Source: Candidatus Bathyarchaeota archaeon
GTDB taxonomy: Archaea > Thermoproteota > Bathyarchaeia > Bathyarchaeales > Bathycorpusculaceae
DNA length: 64,000 nucleotides
NCBI GenBank assembly: GCA_963733095.1
Contig: CAVTBV010000012.1
Coordinates: 288,001-352,000, forward strand
Reading direction: 5' to 3'
A program made the position numbers and the translations under genes. Position 1 is the stretch's first letter; every line of letters starts with the position of its first letter. The notes beneath the pieces are model-generated. The model searched no databases, was not told the origin of the DNA, and saw nothing but the letters and a program-made list of their open reading frames with translations. Below, in pieces: positions 19,488-28,920 of this stretch.

Positions 19488-20107
19488 AGGTTCCCGCAGT
19501 GATTATGGCTGGCGGCAAAGGCTCACGAATGGGTTTGCCTGCTGAGAAGCCGCTGCTGCCGTTTTTGGGTAAGCCGCTGATTGACTGGGTGACAGAAGCA
19601 ATCTTGGAAGCAAAAAAGGTTTCCGAGTTCTATGTCATAACCAGCTCTAACACGCCGAACACAGAAAAGCACTGCCAAAACATAGGCTGGAAAATCCTGC
19701 ACACAGACGCAAAAGGCTACCACAACGACCTAAAACAAGCCGTTTCGATGGCAAATTTGACTGGACCAATCCTAACTATACCCTCAGATATTCCAGCCAT
19801 AACCGGAAAAGTCCTCGACAAAATCATCGCCTCATTCGAGGTTTGTGGAAAAGATTTTTTGGCAGTTTTCGTTCCCCTCAAATCGCGGCAGGACTTGGGG
19901 CTGTCGATTTCCTCCACCGACGAATACAAGGGCGTTTGGTACGCGGTTTCAGGAATCAACATCATAAACGGCACAAAAATCCTGTGTGAAGGCAAAATCG
20001 AAACCAGTGCAATCATTACCGAGGAAACTGAGGTTCTGCTAAACATCAACACAACCAAAGACTTGGAAATAGCAGAGAAAATTCTGAGTGAAAAAAGAAA
20101 GATTTAG
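19484..20107 (+). CDS. cobY: CobY-family nucleotidyltransferase (copy 2)
   Basis: MAGGKGSRM...EKPL, SGIN and NINT; ATGA overlap with cobS copy 2. Confidence 0.78.
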   Translation: MKVPAVIMAGGKGSRMGLPAEKPLLPFLGKPLIDWVTEAILEAKKVSEFYVITSSNTPNTEKHCQNIGWKILHTDAKGYHNDLKQAVSMANLTGPILTIPSDIPAITGKVLDKIIASFEVCGKDFLAVFVPLKSRQDLGLSISSTDEYKGVWYAVSGINIINGTKILCEGKIETSAIITEETEVLLNINTTKDLEIAEKILSEKRKI

Positions 20108-20109
20108 TG

Positions 20110-21445
20110 TTACCCATAAGAAGTTAGTTGCAGGTCCGCCGCTACGAATACTCTGTTATCTGACTCGACTGGTGCAAGAACGATAGTGGTCGAAATGTTG
20201 ATTCTTCACTGTATCTCCGCTTGAGACACCAAAAACCCAAAGCGTATTGTTCTCAGTCAAAAAAACTGATTCTTTATTTACAGTTAATCCTGCTTGGCTT
20301 TGGGTTGAAGTAACGTTGTCCTGGATTTGACGTCTCCAGACAACTTCGCAGGTAGCTAAATCTAGACTCACAATTGTGGCTTTGAATTGGCCTTGTTGGA
20401 TAACTCCAAAGCTCCAATATATGCGCTGGTTTTCTGGGTCAACCTGAATGGGATATGTTGTAAGGTCGGAGCTGGTTTGGTTGAGGACGCTTTGGGTATC
20501 AACCTTGGTCATACAGGATACTTTGCCGCTTATCAGGCTAAGCCCATAAAAGTTGCCGTCTGAGGCACCGAAAAGCAAGACACCTTGGCAGATGGTCGGG
20601 GAATATACAGTAGCACCGATGTCTTTGCTCCAAAGACTTTCGCCTGAGGTTTGGTTGAGGCTCAGGATTTGGGTACCACTTTCTAGGATGACTTGTCCTT
20701 GGTAGTTGCCAACAACACTTGGAATGCCGTTTGAAATGTTAATTGCACTTTTACTTTGCCAAAAAATAGTTCCGTTATCTGTGATTAATTTGAAAATATC
20801 GGGGCTCGACAGGTTGCCGCCTAAAGCATAAACTGAGTTGCCTTCAAACGGGTCGCCTCCCAACACACGTCCACTTGCCTGCCAAGTGTTCAAATCAGTT
20901 ATGTTGCCAAAACTTGTCGTTTCCTCAAAAGCTTCACCTTGCCAGAGGAGCTCGCCACTGGAGGCGTTGTGGGCAGTAACCTCTCGACCAGGACCATCCT
21001 CTATGATGGAATATACAATGTCGTTCTGAACAACAATGTCGTCAGGAGCCCTTTTTGAGTACAGCGAATTGCCCAGCCACCCCATAAAATTCCATTGAAA
21101 TTGACCCGTTTCCTCATCTAAACAGCTAACCGAAGCTAACTCGGAACCGCCATAAACTCTGCCGTTAGACACCGTGAGTCCTGAATCGAAATAACCATCT
21201 ACACTGCCATTCCATACGGGAACGCCAGTTTGGGAGTCATAGCAATTTACGTTACCTGAAATATCCATAGTGAAGACATTTCCGTCGTCAACCGCTAATG
21301 AAGTAGCGAAGTTTTGGATGTTGCGTTGCCAAGCAACCCCAGACCCTTCAGAGTTTAGGATACTGTTTTTGTAAACTATCAACAAGGAAACTGCTATAAC
21401 TGCAATTAAGCCTACGACCACAATCAGCAGGGTGTGTCTTTTCAA
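20110..21445 (-). CDS. Secreted PQQ-like beta-propeller protein with an apparent frameshift near the 3' end
   Basis: Signal anchor plus repeated G...W blades. The ORF track stops at 20156, but a shifted frame at about 20182 continues VLAPVESDNRVFVAADLQLTSYG* to 20110. Confidence 0.72.
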
Positions 21446-21618
21446 TTTCTTCCCTTAAAGCGGCTGTAAGATAACCGATCATATATGCTTTTGCAAGTTT
21501 AGCTAATTCTTTCAATATCTTGCGTTTTTGCGGCAGTTCAAGTCTGGATTGCGATTAGAGAAATATTTAACATACTCACGCATCCAATTAACTACCAAGA
21601 CCACTTGGAGTAATCTGC

Positions 21619-23046
21619 ATGAGCATCCTCAGCCGCGACAGCTTTTGGAACGCAGTCATCTCTCTGCCTATGACTAAGAAGATGCTCCAGATATCGCTCA
21701 AAAAATGTAGCAGATGCGGCAGAACGGTGCTTGAGGCAGCGCTGGACGATTACGCGGGAAAAACAGACCTTCGATGCAGTAAGTGCAGTGGACTGTACTC
21801 GCAGGTTATCGGTTTCTGGATAGAGTTTCTACGTAGGGGACTTGGTTTTAAGCGGGTTAAGGTCGAGAAGCTCTTATCTGACCGTTACGCTAGAACAGCC
21901 GTAGTGAATTTGGCGCGTTCGTTTGCGTATTTCGGCATCAAAAAACCCATGTCGCTCTCAGCGCCGTTTCTGGTGGTTTGGGATTTCACTCACAAATGCA
22001 ACCTATCCTGCAAACACTGTTACAGCAACAGTGGCCCAGTCAACGAGGAAGAATTAACCACAGAACAAGCCCTCGCAGTCGTAGACCAAATGGCTGAAGT
22101 CGGTGTGACTGCATTGGCGTTCAGCGGAGGCGAACCCTTAACCCGAAAAGACTTCTTCCAAGTTGCACGCTACGCCTCTGACCGCGGGCTCTACGTGTCT
22201 GTTGCTTCAAACGGCACGCTGCTATCAAAAGAGAACGTTCAGAAGCTCAAAGAAGCCAAAGTCAACTACATAGATGTGAGCATCGACGGTGCATCTGCTA
22301 AGACACACGACGACTTCCGAGGCGTCCCCGGCACCTTCGATAAGGCGGTAGCGGGTCTCAAAAACTGTGTCGAAGCAGACCTGTGCGTTTGCATCGCGAC
22401 AACAGTTGGTAAAAACAACATGACGGAGCTGCCCGCCATCATAGATTTAGCTGAAGAAATACATGCTGAAAGGTTTACTTACTTCAATTTTATCCCGACC
22501 GGACGCGGCAAAGCCCACATTGACCAAGACCTGTCCCCAAAGGAGAGGGAGGAAGTGATGCGTTACCTTTTGAACCGTATGTCGGCTGGATGCAAAACCA
22601 CCATCCTTGCAACAGCGCCGCAGCTAGCCCGTGTAGCTCTCCAGTGCCAAGGCATTTCGGGCACAGGTGAAGTAACCCTGTCCATGGCACATATGCAAAC
22701 AGTCAAAGTAACCAAAAAAGCCGTGCCATTGGGCGACTTTATCGGCGGATGCGGCGCAGGCAGACTCTACTGTTCACTATCTCCTCAGGGCGACGTTCAC
22801 CCATGCGTTTTCCTGCCCGTAAAAGTTGGCAACCTGAAAACTGGAAAGTTCCAGGACATTTGGTTAAACGCTTCGCTCTTCAATGCTTTTCGAAACCGGG
22901 CTAACCTGAAGGGGTCATGTGGAAAATGCGATTACAAGTTCATCTGCGGCGGCTGCAGGGCACGTTCAGCAGCATACCATAATGGTGATATGCTCAACGG
23001 AGACCCAGGCTGCCTTCAAGGAGTGAAAGGTGCAAAAAATGCCTAA
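21619..23046 (+). CDS. Radical SAM/SPASM protein (NirJ/PqqE-like) with N-terminal CxxC...CxxC
   Basis: CNLSCKHC, SGGEP, SIDG, GCGAG...PC and CGKC...CGGCRAR SPASM cysteines. Confidence 0.9.
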   Translation: MSILSRDSFWNAVISLPMTKKMLQISLKKCSRCGRTVLEAALDDYAGKTDLRCSKCSGLYSQVIGFWIEFLRRGLGFKRVKVEKLLSDRYARTAVVNLARSFAYFGIKKPMSLSAPFLVVWDFTHKCNLSCKHCYSNSGPVNEEELTTEQALAVVDQMAEVGVTALAFSGGEPLTRKDFFQVARYASDRGLYVSVASNGTLLSKENVQKLKEAKVNYIDVSIDGASAKTHDDFRGVPGTFDKAVAGLKNCVEADLCVCIATTVGKNNMTELPAIIDLAEEIHAERFTYFNFIPTGRGKAHIDQDLSPKEREEVMRYLLNRMSAGCKTTILATAPQLARVALQCQGISGTGEVTLSMAHMQTVKVTKKAVPLGDFIGGCGAGRLYCSLSPQGDVHPCVFLPVKVGNLKTGKFQDIWLNASLFNAFRNRANLKGSCGKCDYKFICGGCRARSAAYHNGDMLNGDPGCLQGVKGAKNA

Positions 23047-24001
23047 CTCTACAACGAAAAACGTTAAGATTTTTCGAGCCCAAGAGGACGTAAGCAACAT
23101 CATAAAAGAGGCAGTCGCCAACTCAGGGTTAAGTGGAAAAAAAAGGATTTTTATCAAACCCAACCTCAGCCACCCCGAATACTTGCCCGGCGTCGTGACA
23201 AACCCCAAGTTGATGCAGCAACTTGTGGGATTACTGCGAGACGCCAACAGTGAAGTAATCGTTGGCGAATCCAACGGCTTCAACTACCCGTGCTGGACTG
23301 CATTTGACAAGACAGGCACTCAAGCAGCTGTCAAAGCGGCAGGCGGCACCGTCATCAACCTCTCAGAAGATAAAGTGGTTGAAGTAAAGTTTCAGGGCAA
23401 CACACCATTGAAACGGCTGTTTCTCCCCAAAACCATCCTCGACGCCGATGCGGTCGTCGATTTGCCCCTTATGAAAACCCATGAGTTCATGGCTTACAGC
23501 GGCGCCATCAAAAATCTCTTTGGCTGTGTACCCAGCAACAAACGCATCTACCTACACCCATACCTCCCTGAAGTCTTCTATCGACTCTACACGCTCTTTA
23601 AGCCAGGGCTAACGATTATGGACGCGCGAACAGGCATCGAGGGCAACGGACCCACCAAAGGCAAACCCGTCAAAATGGGATTAATGCTCACAGGCAATGA
23701 CGCACTAGCCGTGGACATTATCGCTGCTAAAGTGATGATACTGAATTGGAAAGAAACCTACCTCAAATACATCACCCAAAAAACTGGCTTGCTTGAAGAA
23801 GACATCAAGGTTGAGGGACTACAAGTGAATGAGGTGGAGCACAAGTTTGAGCCCCCACGCATCGACTTGCCCGTAAAAGCCCAAATGATGATCTACCAGC
23901 ACGAATACCTAACAAAAGCGCTTTTCTGCTCCCTAGATATCGTTAGGCTGTTCCAGAAAGTAACCATGGCGTACCGTGGCGAAAGCACACAGATCGGCTA
24001 G
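23030..24001 (+). CDS. DUF362 domain protein
   Basis: IKPNL, VTNP, MKTH, GAIKNLFG and GIEGNGP motifs. Confidence 0.85.
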   Translation: MQKMPNSTTKNVKIFRAQEDVSNIIKEAVANSGLSGKKRIFIKPNLSHPEYLPGVVTNPKLMQQLVGLLRDANSEVIVGESNGFNYPCWTAFDKTGTQAAVKAAGGTVINLSEDKVVEVKFQGNTPLKRLFLPKTILDADAVVDLPLMKTHEFMAYSGAIKNLFGCVPSNKRIYLHPYLPEVFYRLYTLFKPGLTIMDARTGIEGNGPTKGKPVKMGLMLTGNDALAVDIIAAKVMILNWKETYLKYITQKTGLLEEDIKVEGLQVNEVEHKFEPPRIDLPVKAQMMIYQHEYLTKALFCSLDIVRLFQKVTMAYRGESTQIG

Positions 24002-25194
24002 CGCAATGCTTCATCATAGACTTCCATAGCATCCTTGACGACTATGCGCCAATCATAGTTCTCCACGATTGTCTTCCGTGCCAGTTCACCCATCTCCCGG
24101 GCGAATGCAGGATGCTCAAGCAGGTACAATATTTTTTCGCCAAACATTTTGGGATTGAAGGGCTCTACCAAAAACCCATTCTTGCCGCTCTCAATCGTTT
24201 CGGAAATACCGCCTACCGTAGTTGTGACCACTGGTAAGCCCGTTGAGAGCGCTTCTAAAACAGCGAAGGGATGGTGCTCATAAAAGGTGGAGAACGCGAA
24301 GGCGTCTGCGGCTTGGTAGAGCAGGGGCAGTTTCTTGTCTGGGTAGTAGCCTGTAAAAACGATGTTGTTTTTGACGCCAAGTTTGTCTGCGTGGGCAATG
24401 AGTTTGTGCATTTCGTCGCTTTGCCCCTTCCCCGAGATGATGAATTTGGCGTTTGGAAAACGTTTAACGACGGCAGGCATGCTTTCGATGAGTGCGAATA
24501 AGCCCTTGCGTGCGTAGAGTCTGCCGACGGAGACTATGGCTAAGTCTTCGGGGTTAAACCCGAGTTCCGCTTTGACTTTGCGTTTGTCAGGGGCTGGTTT
24601 AAACTTGTTTATGTCCACGCCGTTGTGGATGACCCGTATCTTGTTTTCGGGAATCTTGTAGTAGTTTGTGAGCTCCCACTTTGTGAAGTGGCTGACCGCG
24701 ATGATTTTCCTTGCTCGCTTGAGCATGCCTTCCTCGAAGAACCGCAAAAACCAGTTGAAACTAACCAGAAACTTTTCGTTGGCGTTTAAGCGGCTGTAGG
24801 GTTCGCCGCGGATGGCTTCGGCTTCGCCTTTCCATGTGGAATGGACAGTGCATACGAGGGCTTTGCCAAAGTTAGGTGGCACTGCAAAGTTGGGGGTTAG
24901 GGGGAGTTGGGGATGGCTGATGTCGACGTTGGCTGTTTCTTTGACCCTTTGGAGTTTGCGGTTGCTGTTGGCTGCAAGGATGAAGGATTTGATGATGGGC
25001 ATTTTTGGGATTTTCAGAAAAGACACGTCGAGCTGTGGGCTAACGTGGATGTCTTGGGCTTGATTTGAACCTGTGACGACGTAGATTTTGTAGCCGTTTT
25101 TCAGGAGTTCGTTGCTGAGGTAGTAAACGTAGGCGCCCGTTCCGCCAGACAGCGGCCAGTATTCAGGTGAGATAAAGCAGACTTTATGCGACAT
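23998..25194 (-). CDS. Glycosyltransferase family 4
   Basis: GGTG, IHNGVD, GRL..RKG and EHHPFAVLEALSTGLPVV. Confidence 0.92.
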   Translation of the reverse strand: MSHKVCFISPEYWPLSGGTGAYVYYLSNELLKNGYKIYVVTGSNQAQDIHVSPQLDVSFLKIPKMPIIKSFILAANSNRKLQRVKETANVDISHPQLPLTPNFAVPPNFGKALVCTVHSTWKGEAEAIRGEPYSRLNANEKFLVSFNWFLRFFEEGMLKRARKIIAVSHFTKWELTNYYKIPENKIRVIHNGVDINKFKPAPDKRKVKAELGFNPEDLAIVSVGRLYARKGLFALIESMPAVVKRFPNAKFIISGKGQSDEMHKLIAHADKLGVKNNIVFTGYYPDKKLPLLYQAADAFAFSTFYEHHPFAVLEALSTGLPVVTTTVGGISETIESGKNGFLVEPFNPKMFGEKILYLLEHPAFAREMGELARKTIVENYDWRIVVKDAMEVYDEALR

Positions 25195-26184
25195 TTACTT
25201 GTTCCTCCCTGATAGATATTTTGCTGTAGTTATAACTGCGCCGACAAACCAAGCTGCCGACCTCACGAAATAGAGCACGAATAAGCGCATAGCTGTCGAG
25301 TCATGGAACTTTACAGATAGGTTCACTGCTGAATAAACAAAGTAAACAACCATAGCCAACAAAATTAACCCTGAAACAACCCACAGCAACCTAAGCAATG
25401 GAACGATTCCCAAAAGGAACGACACGATAACTGCCAAAATGAGCACGGGCTGGACATTCATTCCAACATCCGTAATTTCATCGCCCCGCGCTAGGCGTCC
25501 GTGTTTGAAGTAGAGTTTAAGAGTATTCTTGCCGTACTGCAACTGCTGCCGATAATATGCCTTCAAAGTTGGGCGGTTAAAATGATAGCAGACAGCGCTG
25601 GGTTCATAGGCGATTCTGTAGCCTTTGGCACTTATTCTATATCCAAGGTCGGTGTCGTATTGGCTGGGAAGTTTCTCATCCCATCCGCCTACCTCCTCGA
25701 TTACAGATTTTTTTAGGAGCAGGTTCATGGTTGCTATTCGTCCAGTGTATTTGCCTATGCGTCGGTAGCGGTTTTTTAGTTCATACCCGATGCTTCTTGC
25801 CCACGGATTCTTGTTATTCCATGTCTCTATGCTGCCGCTGACACCTGCCACATGAGGGTCCGCAAGGTTTGGCGAAAGTTTGGTTAGCCATTCAACCTCA
25901 ACCTTGGCGTCTGCATCTATGAATCCCAAAACGGGGTAAACTGCGATTTTCATGGCGTAGTTGTAGGCTGCAGGAGCGTTGAGGCGGATGGAAACAACTT
26001 TTATTGGAAATTTCTCTGCGATTTTGACTGTGGCGTCGTTGCTACCGCCGTCCATAACGATGACTTCAAAACTGTCGCTAGGATAATTTTGAGCCAAGAT
26101 AGATTTGAGGCATTCTTCGATGGTGTCTTGGCTGTTGTAAGCTGCAACTATAATTGAAAACTTGAGGAGTGAGTTGTCAGCCAT
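25195..26184 (-). CDS. Glycosyltransferase family 2 with C-terminal TM helices
   Basis: SIIVAAYN, DGGSND, FIDAD, GGWDE and DTDL. Confidence 0.9.
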   Translation of the reverse strand: MADNSLLKFSIIVAAYNSQDTIEECLKSILAQNYPSDSFEVIVMDGGSNDATVKIAEKFPIKVVSIRLNAPAAYNYAMKIAVYPVLGFIDADAKVEVEWLTKLSPNLADPHVAGVSGSIETWNNKNPWARSIGYELKNRYRRIGKYTGRIATMNLLLKKSVIEEVGGWDEKLPSQYDTDLGYRISAKGYRIAYEPSAVCYHFNRPTLKAYYRQQLQYGKNTLKLYFKHGRLARGDEITDVGMNVQPVLILAVIVSFLLGIVPLLRLLWVVSGLILLAMVVYFVYSAVNLSVKFHDSTAMRLFVLYFVRSAAWFVGAVITTAKYLSGRNK

Positions 26185-26187
26185 TGT

Positions 26188-26886
26188 TTACCCCTTCATG
26201 TAAGCTAAGATTATTGATAGGAGAATTTTGGAGCCGTCCATCATTGGGTCTACGCCTGAGTGTCCATAAGTGCGTTGTTCAAAACTAATCGGTACCTCGG
26301 CGACTCGGAAGCCTTCTTTGGCGGTTTTTACGAGCATTTCGGATTCGATCTCGTATCCGCCTGACTTTAGTTTTTGTTTGCTTAGGATTTGGCGTTTCAT
26401 GGCGCGGTAGCCTGATTGGGAATCGGTTATGGTTGTGCCTGTTAGGAGTTCGATGAGGAAGTTGAAGATTCGTACGCCAAACGCGTTGAGTTTTCGTGCT
26501 GCCACGTTTTTCTGGTTCAGGTATCTTGAGCCGATGACCATGTCGACCCTGTCGGCTAATACTGGTGTGAGCACACGGGCGAGTTCTTCGGGGCGGTGGG
26601 AAGCGTCGGAGTCAATCGTGATTATTATGTCGCCTTTAGCTTTAGCGAACCCAGCCCGAAGTGCGTAGCCTTTACCGCAATGCTCCTTTAACGTTAAAAG
26701 CCTGCAACCGTGTTTTTTAGCCACTTCAAGCGAGCGGTCGCGAGAATGGTCATCAACAACGATTATCTCATATGGCAAGCCGATTTGCTGCATAGCCATT
26801 TTGGTGCGGTCGATAATGTTGCCTATGGTTAATTCCTCGTTGTACACGGGAATTATGACAGAAAGCAGCATTTCCCTTGGGCTCAT
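26188..26886 (-). CDS. Glycosyltransferase family 2, DPM1-like
   Basis: IIPVYNEE, VDDHSRD, DSD, GSRY, DSQSGYRA and EVPI. Confidence 0.9.
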   Translation of the reverse strand: MSPREMLLSVIIPVYNEELTIGNIIDRTKMAMQQIGLPYEIIVVDDHSRDRSLEVAKKHGCRLLTLKEHCGKGYALRAGFAKAKGDIIITIDSDASHRPEELARVLTPVLADRVDMVIGSRYLNQKNVAARKLNAFGVRIFNFLIELLTGTTITDSQSGYRAMKRQILSKQKLKSGGYEIESEMLVKTAKEGFRVAEVPISFEQRTYGHSGVDPMMDGSKILLSIILAYMKG

Positions 26887-26969
26887 TTTATTTAAGAAGC
26901 CAATGGAAGAGCTTATAAAGTTTGGCTACCCCAACCTTGTAAGCAATTGAAGGGCAGTTTGAACCTAAA

Positions 26970-27524
26970 ATGGAAACCAAATCCAAACTTAAAGTTGAAG
27001 GGGACCGAAAGGTCTGGTTTTCCATGTGGTTTCTGGGAGCAGTTGTCACTTTTGGCGTCGCATTCTTTCCCATGTTTTATCGTTTAGTCGAGGGCAGAAA
27101 CAGACATTTTCAAAATGAGGCTGAGTTTGAGGAGCACATTGAGGCTTACTCAAAAAGGAAAAGCAAGGAGCCGCCAACAAAAACTGAGCAGTTTAAAGCT
27201 ATGAATTCGAAGGCATGGGCAGCCAGCATTATCATTGTGGTGCCCATTTTTGTTATCGTCTATTTGCTGTCCAGAGATTTAGCAGTTCATGAACGCAACC
27301 AAGATGCTTTTCTTGCATCCGCCCTGCCAGAACGAGTTTTTATGCCACAGACAATACCTATAAAAACTTACATTTTGATAACTGTTATCACCTTGGGCGT
27401 TGGGGTCATCTACTGGCTCTACAAGGTGGTTAACTTGTATAACGCTCACTTTAAAGCGCATCTGCAGGTGGAGAAAGAAATGATTCGGCTGATGGAGGAA
27501 AAAAAAGTTGTCGAGCACATGTAA
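26970..27524 (+). CDS. DUF4234-like membrane protein
   Basis: Two related hydrophobic segments (VVTFGVAFF, VITLGVGVIYWLYK...N.H). Confidence 0.6.
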   Translation: METKSKLKVEGDRKVWFSMWFLGAVVTFGVAFFPMFYRLVEGRNRHFQNEAEFEEHIEAYSKRKSKEPPTKTEQFKAMNSKAWAASIIIVVPIFVIVYLLSRDLAVHERNQDAFLASALPERVFMPQTIPIKTYILITVITLGVGVIYWLYKVVNLYNAHFKAHLQVEKEMIRLMEEKKVVEHM

Positions 27525-28626
27525 AAAACGCAGGTTCGTTAGCCACGGCGGAGACATTTGGGGCTTTAGCAGAAAATACAACCTTCCCCTCGAAGAAGTG
27601 CTTGAGTTCAGCGGACCAATAAACTACCTTGGACCACCCCAAAAAGCCTTAGAGGCAGTAAAGCAGTATGCAAAGTTAATCCGTTATTATCCTGACCCAA
27701 ACCCTGTCGAATTCAAAGAGGAAATAGCAAAGTACGTCGGCAACGGCATTAACGAAGAAAATATCCTCTTGGGCAACGGCTCAATTGAGCTAATTTATAT
27801 GATAACTGAGATTCTGCCGCGCGGTCACAAAGCAGTAATCCCTATACCTTCATTCTCAGAATATGAGAAGGCAACCCTGCGTGTGAGCGGCGAACCCATC
27901 TTTGTCCAGTTACCAGAAGACTTTTCTCTTGACTTAGACAAAATCAAGAAGGCAGTTACCGACGACACAAAAATCATGTGTCTTTGCAACCCCCATAGCC
28001 CTTCAGGTACACTCTACAGCAAAAAAGAACTCTTAGACCTTGTGGAGTTCTGCAACAAAAAAGACATCATCTTCAGCATAGATGAGAACTATATTGAATT
28101 TGCCAACCAGAGCTTGGCCAACACTTTGGCTGGCAGGGTTAAAGACTATGAGAACCTTTTTGTGATTCGTTCTGTCACCAAGTTCTATGGCATGGCAGGC
28201 ATCCGCTTCGGATACGCTATGGCTGCGGGAAACCTAATCGATAAGTTGAAGACTATGCGACTTCCATGGAGCATCAACGGATTAGCATGCCAAGTAACAG
28301 TGGCAGCCATAAACGACACCGAATTCATACAGAACACTAAAGAAACAATCTCTAAGAACCGTCAAGAGCTCACTCAAAACCTCGGTCAAATCCCAGGTCT
28401 ACACGTTTACCCATCAGTTACGAACTTTTTGCTTGTAAAAATAAAGAACCACAAAATCACATCCACCATGCTAAAGGAACTTTTAGCTAAAGAACGCATC
28501 TTAATCCGAGACTGTTGCACGTTCATGGGCATGGACGACAGCTACTTCCGAATCACAGTTCGCTCAGCAAAAGACAACCAACAACTCGTACAAAAAATAA
28601 AACAAATATTGAGTAACGCCCCCTAA
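27508..28626 (+). CDS. cobD: L-threonine-O-3-phosphate decarboxylase CobD (HisC-like PLP enzyme)
   Basis: N-terminal HGGDI, FS..IN.LGPP, YPD, GNGS.ELI, CNP..P.G, SVTKFYGMAGIRFGY and LIRDC; cobamide gene context. Confidence 0.82.
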   Translation: MSSTCKKRRFVSHGGDIWGFSRKYNLPLEEVLEFSGPINYLGPPQKALEAVKQYAKLIRYYPDPNPVEFKEEIAKYVGNGINEENILLGNGSIELIYMITEILPRGHKAVIPIPSFSEYEKATLRVSGEPIFVQLPEDFSLDLDKIKKAVTDDTKIMCLCNPHSPSGTLYSKKELLDLVEFCNKKDIIFSIDENYIEFANQSLANTLAGRVKDYENLFVIRSVTKFYGMAGIRFGYAMAAGNLIDKLKTMRLPWSINGLACQVTVAAINDTEFIQNTKETISKNRQELTQNLGQIPGLHVYPSVTNFLLVKIKNHKITSTMLKELLAKERILIRDCCTFMGMDDSYFRITVRSAKDNQQLVQKIKQILSNAP

Positions 28627-28920
28627 CATTTCGTTTGTCTTTTTCTGATAATAGGGTGAGAGCCTCATCACTTTTGTAGACTATTATGATCTTAATAATG
28701 GTTCTATGCAGAACTATAGAGGATCCACTTCCTATAAGAAGGGTAAAGTCAAATTGGCTGAAAACTAACTCATTAGCATATCGAAAATACCCTGAAAATG
28801 AGGCAATTTTGGCAAGAACATCAAGAACCAGAGATAAACTCTCAGCAGTCCCCTGTTCCGTTAAAGCTATAAAGTGCGCAAACATCAAAAGGAAACAACA
28901 ACTTGCTCAGAGGCAAAACC

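Noticed and set aside
27508-28626. Histidinol-phosphate aminotransferase hisC
   Set aside because: The N-terminal HGG motif, LIRDC and the cobamide context favour CobD.
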